Below are positions 44,720-50,746 of a stretch of DNA of 50,746 nucleotides, in pieces; position 1 is the stretch's first letter, and every line of letters begins with the position of its first letter. Both the position numbers and the translations under genes were made by a program. The notes beneath the pieces are model-generated. The model ran no database searches. It was not told where the DNA came from and saw nothing but the letters and a program-made list of their open reading frames with translations. The stretch comes from Bacteriovoracales bacterium (GTDB taxonomy: Bacteria; Bdellovibrionota; Bacteriovoracia; Bacteriovoracales; Bacteriovoracaceae), in NCBI GenBank assembly GCA_026713835.1, contig JAPONP010000088.1:1-50746 (forward strand). Reading direction: 5' to 3'.

Positions 44720-44749
44720 TCCCTTTTTTCCTCTTTCCCCTAGACCCCG

Positions 44750-45331
44750 TTAAACCCCGTGCTTGGCGGCCATTTCCTTTTGGCGCTTTTCAAACTCCCT
44801 TTCGGGAAGATTCATCTTGTGTTCCGGCTCCACCTCCATTCCGTGCCAAGACTTTTGAACTTCATAATCTCGGCGAAGGGGGTACCCTTCCCAATCGTCC
44901 GGGCAAAGAATCCTTCTGAGATCCGGGTGGTTTTCAAAGCGAACCCCTACCATATCGAAACATTCCCGCTCCTGAAAATTGGCGCTGGCCCAAAGATCGC
45001 ACACGGAATCGAGGGTTGGGTTTTCCCGAGGGAGTTCGACTTTGAGGATGAGGTCGTGGTTTTTGCGAAAGCTCGTAAGAAGGTAACTCACCTCGATGCG
45101 GGCCCTTTGGGCCGGGGTATCTTTGGTTTCTTCAGAGGCCAAGTAATCGTGTCCCGTGATGAGTTGGAGAACATGAAAATCGAAATCCTCGTGGGAGAAG
45201 AGAAGTGTGCAGACCCGGTGAAGGGAGGGAGACGCTACAAAGATGGATTTGTCTCCGGCCTTCCCAAAAACCACTTTGGCCTCACAGTCGGGAACCCGAT
45301 CGCTGAGAAGAGCCGCCCATTCCTCATGCAT
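44750..45331 (-). CDS. nuoC: NADH-quinone oxidoreductase subunit C
   Basis: 193 aa with a NuoC/30-kDa subunit pattern ([32 protein letters not shown]). Confidence 0.88.
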   Translation of the reverse strand: MHEEWAALLSDRVPDCEAKVVFGKAGDKSIFVASPSLHRVCTLLFSHEDFDFHVLQLITGHDYLASEETKDTPAQRARIEVSYLLTSFRKNHDLILKVELPRENPTLDSVCDLWASANFQERECFDMVGVRFENHPDLRRILCPDDWEGYPLRRDYEVQKSWHGMEVEPEHKMNLPEREFEKRQKEMAAKHGV

Positions 45332-45806
45332 TTTTCACCCACTTATCTCGAAGAAGTCCCTCGTTGGCGATTTTTTTTTGCAAGGTAAGAAAGCCTTCGA
45401 TCAAGGCCTCCGGGCGGGGGGGACAGCCGGGGACATAGACATCCACGGGAACCACCTCATCCACTCCCTTTAAAACGTGGTACCCGTATTGCCAATAGGG
45501 CCCTCCTTTGTTGGAGCATGAGCCCATGGAGATGACGTACTTGGGGGCGGGCATCTGGTCGTAGAGGACTTTGATTCGTTCGGCCATCTTCAAGGTCACG
45601 GTTCCGGCCACGATCATGAGATCGGCCCTTCTCGGGGTGGCCATAAAGGCCCCACAACCGAAGCGCTCCAAATCGTATTTGGAAGCCCCTGTGGCCATCA
45701 TCTCGATGGCACAGCAAGCGAGACCAAAGGTCATGGGCCACAAGCTATTTTTTCGTCCCCAGTTGAGAAACTCATCCACCTTCGCAATGACGACGCCATC
45801 TTGCAT
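45324..45806 (-). CDS. nuoB: NADH-quinone oxidoreductase subunit B
   Basis: 160 aa with [29 protein letters not shown] and [11 protein letters not shown] (N2-cluster cysteines). Confidence 0.92.
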   Translation of the reverse strand: MQDGVVIAKVDEFLNWGRKNSLWPMTFGLACCAIEMMATGASKYDLERFGCGAFMATPRRADLMIVAGTVTLKMAERIKVLYDQMPAPKYVISMGSCSNKGGPYWQYGYHVLKGVDEVVPVDVYVPGCPPRPEALIEGFLTLQKKIANEGLLRDKWVKNA

Positions 45807-45832
45807 ATCCCATCACCTTTCAACATATTGTA

Positions 45833-46873
45833 TCATAGTCGAAAAGCAGTATAGACCAAAGCTCGCCCCTTGACTACTCGATCTCCCAAAATATCCCGCA
45901 ATTGAAACAGATCCGCCTTGGAACATCTAAGAAAATAGCTCCTTTTGAACCTGCGCAAATCCTCCGCCAGGTTTTCTTCCCCGGGGTTTGGCCCCTCTCT
46001 CATCTTCTTCTCCATGAGCCCCAAACGCCTTCGATCGTTGCGACAGGCCTTTTCCATAATGGAGACGTATTCACTCAAAGCGGCCAAGGGATAGGGGGCC
46101 TCGTGGGCCGATGAGATAAAGGCGGGATGGCGGGGGGAGATCAAAGGGACACTCTTTTCCGAAACCCCCAAAAATCCCAGGGCGGCCTTCACTGTATCGT
46201 AGGATTGACCCACCCGATAGAAGAGTTGGGCCGCCTTTGAGGGGGAGTAGCGACCGTTTGGGAGGCGAATCTTGGGGCATTTGGCCTGGATCGCTTCCTT
46301 GGATCCAGCCAGCTCGTCCAAAACCATACACTCGGCGATATAGGCCTCCACCTCGCCTCCTTTCCCCTCGATGGTGTGGGCCATAAATTGCCGAGCCGAA
46401 AACTTGAGAGAATAGGGATTGAAGACCTCCCGCTCTATAAAATGGGTGAGTTCGTGGGCCAAATCCAAAGCGGCTTCGAGCATGGTCAACTCCCGGTCGA
46501 TGCGCACTTGAAACCTCACCCTGGGCTCAAACCTATTCCAATCCTTTGGGTGGAAATGTCTCACGAGGGTGATGTCCGTCAAGGATCGCTTTCCCCCCTC
46601 GACAAAGTCCGTGAGGGTTTTCCCAAGACGCCGGGCCTTTTTATGGGCCTTGGCCAAAAGACGCCGGCCCGTGGGGGCCTGCTCCAGGTAGGTCAAAAGC
46701 AGCCGAAGCGCCTGGGCCGGATCCCTTGCCCGATCCACCCAACGCTTTTGCCCATTGGCCCTATCCCAGTGAACCCACCGCTCCTTCCGCTCCCCCTTCG
46801 CTCTTGCCGTGGTGGAGATGAAGAGGGCAGAAAAAAGAAAGAAGAGGCAAAGAGAACCCTTAAAAGACCCCAT
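45833..46873 (-). CDS. Hypothetical secreted protein with an HExxH motif (putative zinc metalloprotease-like)
   Basis: Start trimmed to MGSFKGSLCLFFLFSALFISTTARA (signal peptide). Contains LAHELTHFIERE. No family confidently recognised. Confidence 0.55.
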   Translation of the reverse strand: MGSFKGSLCLFFLFSALFISTTARAKGERKERWVHWDRANGQKRWVDRARDPAQALRLLLTYLEQAPTGRRLLAKAHKKARRLGKTLTDFVEGGKRSLTDITLVRHFHPKDWNRFEPRVRFQVRIDRELTMLEAALDLAHELTHFIEREVFNPYSLKFSARQFMAHTIEGKGGEVEAYIAECMVLDELAGSKEAIQAKCPKIRLPNGRYSPSKAAQLFYRVGQSYDTVKAALGFLGVSEKSVPLISPRHPAFISSAHEAPYPLAALSEYVSIMEKACRNDRRRLGLMEKKMREGPNPGEENLAEDLRRFKRSYFLRCSKADLFQLRDILGDRVVKGRALVYTAFRL

Positions 46874-47023
46874 GGGGCCTTGTCGGCAAGTCAAAGGGGG
46901 GTCTTAGGGAAAAAAGGAGAGGGGAAAGACCTGACACTCCAAGCCAAGCCCCATGGATTTTGCCCCCTTCCCTTGTCGAAAAGACGAAAATATCGTAATC
47001 AGGAGAAGCGAACGAAGATCGAT

Positions 47024-47998
47024 ATGAAAAACGAACTAAGGAAAGGGGCCAAGGCCTTGCTTAAACGCAGCGTTCCTGAACTCGACCTCGCAAGCTATCT
47101 TGAGGGCCACGAAACCGAAAGGGCGGTTTTTGTGGATCGGCTCTTTGCCGGACTCAAAGACTATGGCTTTATCATCCTCACGGGGCATACGGTTTCCCAA
47201 GATGAGGTGGATGAGGCCTATGAACTGACCACCCAGCTCTTTTCTCTCCCCCGGGAAATCAAAAGCAAATACAGTGGAGAAAGTAACGGAGGGCAAAGGG
47301 GGCATACCCGCTTTGGCCAAGAACACGCCGTGGGACACCCCTACCCGGATCTTAAAGAGTTTTGGCACGTGGGAAGGGAAGTTCCCCCCTCCCACCCCTA
47401 CGCCCAATACTATCCCGGCAATTTTTGGCCCGAGGAATTCCCCCACTTTCGCCGGGTGATGACCGCCCTCTACGATGCCATGGAAAAAACGGCCGATACA
47501 CTCCTCAAGGCCTTAGGCACGGCCTTGGATCTTCCCCCGAACTATTTTTCCGAGATGATCCATGAGGGCAATTCCGTCCTTCGCCTCATCCACTACCCCC
47601 CCCTGGCCCAGGATGCCCACCCCCAAAGTGTGAGGGCCGCGGCCCATGAGGATATCAACCTCATCACCCTCTTGGTGGGGGCCACGGATTCCGGTCTCCA
47701 ATTGCTGGATCGAAACGGTCAGTGGCTCGATGTCCACTCCCAACCCAACCAAATCGTGGTGGATACGGGAGATATGATGTCGAGAATTACCAATGAGGTC
47801 ATTCCCTCGACCACCCATCGAGTCACCAACCCCAACAATAGTCGATCCCGTCGCTACTCCATGCCCTATTTCGTTCATCCCCACCCCCAAGCGGTTTTGA
47901 GTTGCCTTCCCTCCTGTCGGGAAGGGGGGGAGAAATACCCTCCCATTTCCTCCAATGACTTTCTGATGGAGAGGTTAAAAGATATCGGTCTGAAATAA
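47024..47998 (+). CDS. 2-oxoglutarate/Fe(II)-dependent oxygenase (isopenicillin N synthase-like family)
   Basis: 324 aa from MKNELRKG. Facial triad context AAHEDINLITLL ... STTHRV. The N-terminal 216 aa of the listed ORF are antisense to the neighbouring gene and were trimmed. Confidence 0.82.
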   Translation: MKNELRKGAKALLKRSVPELDLASYLEGHETERAVFVDRLFAGLKDYGFIILTGHTVSQDEVDEAYELTTQLFSLPREIKSKYSGESNGGQRGHTRFGQEHAVGHPYPDLKEFWHVGREVPPSHPYAQYYPGNFWPEEFPHFRRVMTALYDAMEKTADTLLKALGTALDLPPNYFSEMIHEGNSVLRLIHYPPLAQDAHPQSVRAAAHEDINLITLLVGATDSGLQLLDRNGQWLDVHSQPNQIVVDTGDMMSRITNEVIPSTTHRVTNPNNSRSRRYSMPYFVHPHPQAVLSCLPSCREGGEKYPPISSNDFLMERLKDIGLK

Positions 47999-48029
47999 GG
48001 GCCCGTCCCAAAGGTGATTTGAGAACGGT

Positions 48030-48746
48030 TTAAGCGGCCTTCAGTTTTCCCAAAATAAATTTTTTGGTAAACTCCTCCATCTTATTCTCAGGGATGTTTT
48101 CGAGAAGTCGGCAAACGGTCTTCATTTTGCCTCTATCGACCGGCCCGTCCATTCTAATGGTCCACTCATCCTGTTCGCTCAAGGGGGTGTCTTTGTCCCG
48201 TCTTTGCAAAAGAAGACCCGTTCGGGCCCCCTCCCCGTCCTTCCATTCGATAAAATGATCCGTAAACAAAATCTGGATTTTCTCATACACCCCGTCTCCG
48301 TGGGCCCAGACCAAAACTTCAAAAACGGAAGCGGATTTCAACCAGTATTTGAGCCGTGGCGGTTTCTCTTCATCGAAGGGAGGGTGATGGAGAATTTTCG
48401 CCCCTTGAATAATGTTTTTCATGGAAAAAAAATCTTCTATCTCTTGGGGTTTCTCAAAGGTCACACCGGCTTGGGCCCTGGTCTTAGCGACCCAGGCCAC
48501 TTTGGCGTCAATGAGAAGCTCTCTTCCCTGCCAACGGATCATTCCTCGAACAGAATCCTTTTTATCGAAGTCGTGAGTGCCCACTTTGAGTTGAATTTTC
48601 ATTCCACTGGGGGAAACATCATCCACTTCAAAGATTTTTTTGGAATTTTGATCCTTAAAAGTGATCGACGGTATTCTAAAGCGGGGAAAAGTCCTCTTTT
48701 CCTCCTGTTCTCGGTCATTTTTGAGCAAATTCAAATGCCTTACCAT
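48030..48746 (-). CDS. PilZ-domain protein (putative c-di-GMP receptor) with an uncharacterised C-terminal domain
   Basis: RTFPR (RxxxR) followed by DVSPSG (DxSxxG) about 25 residues later, which is the PilZ signature. Confidence 0.7.
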   Translation of the reverse strand: MVRHLNLLKNDREQEEKRTFPRFRIPSITFKDQNSKKIFEVDDVSPSGMKIQLKVGTHDFDKKDSVRGMIRWQGRELLIDAKVAWVAKTRAQAGVTFEKPQEIEDFFSMKNIIQGAKILHHPPFDEEKPPRLKYWLKSASVFEVLVWAHGDGVYEKIQILFTDHFIEWKDGEGARTGLLLQRRDKDTPLSEQDEWTIRMDGPVDRGKMKTVCRLLENIPENKMEEFTKKFILGKLKAA

Positions 48747-48836
48747 CCCTTTTTATTATATAGTGGATTTTCCAATACGAAGTGCTAGGGGCAATTTATA
48801 ACCCGTATCCCGAACGTCCAATGGGAGAAGATCCTC

Positions 48837-49508
48837 TTGAGAAAAAACATCATTTCAAAAAATCTACAAAATATTCTGGCCGAAATTCCTCAAGAAAAAA
48901 ACCTCGTCGCCGTCTCCAAAACCTTTCCCTTCTCGGATATCGAAATGGCCTACGGAGAAGGTCAAAGAGATTTTGGGGAAAATAGGGTTCAAGAATTGAC
49001 CGCCAAGGCCCAAGAAGCCCTAGAGAGAGGCATGGACATTCGATGGCACTTTATCGGAAGACTCCAGAGCAACAAAGTCAAAAAATTGCTCCAAACTCCA
49101 AATCTTTTTGCCATTCATTCCATCTCCTCCCTAAAGCAGATCGAATTGCTCAAAAAATTGTCTTCCGTTCCCATAGGCCCCATCTCCGTTTTCCTCCAGG
49201 TCAATACCAGTTTGGAAGAGGAAAAGGCCGGGTTTATTCATCTCGAAGAACTCAAAGAGGCCGTAGGAGAGTTGGATTCCGTCTCTCACTCATTTCCCCT
49301 TTTGGGGCTTATGACGATGGGAGGTGTTAGGGCGAATGATTTTGAAGGAGAGGCCCACAGATGTTTCCGTCACCTTCAAAAACTTAGAGAGCAAATCGAT
49401 CGGCCATTACGACTTTCCATGGGGATGGGTCGAGATTATCCCATCGCCCTTTCCCATGGAGCCGACTATATTCGGATCGGCGAGCTTGTCTTTGGCCCTC
49501 GAAAATAA
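48837..49508 (+). CDS. yggS: YggS-family pyridoxal-phosphate homeostasis protein
   Basis: 223 aa with LVAVSKTFP (PLP lysine), FGENRVQE and RWHFIGRLQSNKVK. TTG start preceded by GGGAGAAG. Confidence 0.9.
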   Translation: MRKNIISKNLQNILAEIPQEKNLVAVSKTFPFSDIEMAYGEGQRDFGENRVQELTAKAQEALERGMDIRWHFIGRLQSNKVKKLLQTPNLFAIHSISSLKQIELLKKLSSVPIGPISVFLQVNTSLEEEKAGFIHLEELKEAVGELDSVSHSFPLLGLMTMGGVRANDFEGEAHRCFRHLQKLREQIDRPLRLSMGMGRDYPIALSHGADYIRIGELVFGPRK

Positions 49509-49616
49509 TACCGAATGTGTCGGTCTCAAAGTTTTCCCTCTAGCCTCCATCGTAAAAAAAATTTACCATTTTATGAGGGGGTTATCCTAAGGGAACAAAT
49601 CAATCGGGAAATAGTT

Positions 49617-50746
49617 TTGAATCTCTTTACAATCATCATCTCTTCTTCACTACTCCTATCAAGTTTCACCTTGCAGGCCGATGAAACCAGTGCCCCATCC
49701 GTCCTTGAAAGATACCGCGCCGTGCTTCCTTTTCACGAAGGGATTAAAGATCCCATGCCCGTTGAAAAATGCACCCCCCGCCCCAAAAAGAAAAACACGT
49801 GCACCATCGCCATCGAATGGGAAGAAAGGCCTCAAAAATTTTATGATCTCTTAGAACTTACGGAAAAAAACTTTAAGACAACCGATCCGGACTTTCTCGC
49901 CACCGACCTTGGGAGACATTACGAGCAGCTCAAAAATTTTATGGATATTTACAGGCGTCTCAATTCTTGTGAACAAGCGGCTCCCTTTCTAAGTGAAGAT
50001 ATCCTTCGAGGAATTCTCGAAGGATTCATTCAAGATGCTTCCTATAGTGCGACCGCCCGCCCGCCCTGTCTTCCCGAAGCCTTTCCCGAAAGCCCTCTTC
50101 CCTTTCAGGTAAAAAACATAGAGCCTGCCCTTGAAAATCTCTCCCAAAATGAGGAAGGCCCCAAATCCTCTGAATCTCTCTTGCAAGACCAAATCCTTGA
50201 AACTGCGCTTGAAAAAAGTATCGAAGCCAATATCTCCTTTGCCATGAAATTTCAAAATCGAGACCCCTTGGAGCCAAATTTTCAAAAGGCTTTAGTCGAT
50301 GAAATATGTGTTTACAAAATTCAAAAGTGGACAGGTTCTTCTAAAGCTTCCTGTCCGAAAGAAGATCGACATTCCCTTGAATCTTTAGTCAAGAGACAAA
50401 GTCAAAAATTGGCCGAACGCTCCTCCTCTTTTATGGGCCAAGAAAGTATCGTCAAAGACATCAACGGGAAAATAGATAAAATCAATGACGCTTTAAGGAG
50501 ATACAATAAAAAATCACAGGATATAAAAAAAGCCTTCGATGATAAATACAAAAGCCATCGTGGGCAAACGCCACGAACTCCCCAAAAGAGAATGCAATTT
50601 GAACTCCTCAAATTAAAAGGAGAAATCTTTGACATCTATCGCACGATTTTTTCTGAAAGCCATGAGTCCGGTGCGGGAGAACTCTTTCAAATGGAAGCCG
50701 TTAAATCTAAAATAAAAATCTCTAGACTAGAAAAGCTCAAGCCGAA
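49617..50746 (+). CDS. Hypothetical secreted protein, partial (open to the right window edge; absent from the ORF track)
   Basis: My manual translation gives a stop-free frame from at least 49515 to 50746. The TTG at 49617 starts a signal-peptide-like LNLFTIIISSSLLLSSFTLQA-DE. An in-frame ATG at 49515 is an alternative start. Lys/Glu-rich helical C-terminal part. Confidence 0.55.
   Translation, partial: MNLFTIIISSSLLLSSFTLQADETSAPSVLERYRAVLPFHEGIKDPMPVEKCTPRPKKKNTCTIAIEWEERPQKFYDLLELTEKNFKTTDPDFLATDLGRHYEQLKNFMDIYRRLNSCEQAAPFLSEDILRGILEGFIQDASYSATARPPCLPEAFPESPLPFQVKNIEPALENLSQNEEGPKSSESLLQDQILETALEKSIEANISFAMKFQNRDPLEPNFQKALVDEICVYKIQKWTGSSKASCPKEDRHSLESLVKRQSQKLAERSSSFMGQESIVKDINGKIDKINDALRRYNKKSQDIKKAFDDKYKSHRGQTPRTPQKRMQFELLKLKGEIFDIYRTIFSESHESGAGELFQMEAVKSKIKISRLEKLKP

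Noticed and set aside
46376-47023. N-terminal 216 aa of the listed 540-aa plus-strand ORF
   Set aside because: This part is antisense to the HExxH secreted-protein gene and is Pro/Gly/Lys-rich. The recognisable 2OG-oxygenase sequence starts at the ATG at 47024.
1-50746. Search for tRNA, rRNA, tmRNA, riboswitch or CRISPR features in the intergenic regions
   Set aside because: All intergenic gaps are shorter than 200 nt, and none shows tRNA-like T-arm or acceptor motifs or known riboswitch cores that I can recognise by eye. A covariance-model scan (Infernal/tRNAscan-type) would be needed to exclude small ncRNAs.

Overview
This 50.7-kb window is a densely coded chromosomal segment from a diderm, LPS-making bacterium. 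I could not assign a lineage from the sequence alone. I support about 55 CDS. I found no rRNA, tRNA or CRISPR array.

Layout:
- 0.1-24.8 kb is one long minus-strand array: lpxK-lpxB-lpxA-fabZ-lpxD-skp-bamA, lolD plus a LolC/E permease, lysS, nfu-sufS-sufD-sufC-sufB, a Tyr/Pro/His-rich lipoprotein, a LysM lytic transglycosylase, lgt, a YceI / DUF2063 / DUF692 cluster, ettA and a polytopic membrane protein.
- 25-28.8 kb, plus strand: a small protein and a large secreted protein, yebC, a SAM methyltransferase and a secreted hypothetical.
- 28.8-40.6 kb is bracketed by two diverged, inverted AAA_14/DUF4143 ATPase paralogs. It holds mscS, acnA translationally coupled to a NYN-domain gene, a Gp49/HigB-like + XRE toxin-antitoxin pair, a NifS-like desulfurase, prfB, two secreted hypotheticals and an AbrB/PIN toxin-antitoxin pair.
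- 40.6-50.7 kb: recD2, an isolated nuoB-C-D-I module, an HExxH secreted protein, a 2OG-Fe(II) oxygenase, a PilZ protein, yggS and a partial secreted-protein ORF that runs off the right edge.

Most interesting signals:
1. An MNIO (DUF692) + DUF2063 RiPP-type operon. Its likely substrate is a 70-aa exported Cys-Gly-Lys-rich peptide that is hidden inside a longer listed ORF and overlaps the start of the MNIO gene.
2. A MITE-like repeat family with GTAA... inverted termini and 8-bp target-site duplications, present in three copies. One copy is a stop-free, in-frame insertion in the 3' end of a CDS and carries a nested 73-nt extra segment.
3. GGATTTTCAT-type palindromic boxes spaced about 31 nt apart upstream of both DUF4143 ATPase paralogs.
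4. The canonical prfB +1 frameshift site.
5. A probable CTG-initiated lpxA.
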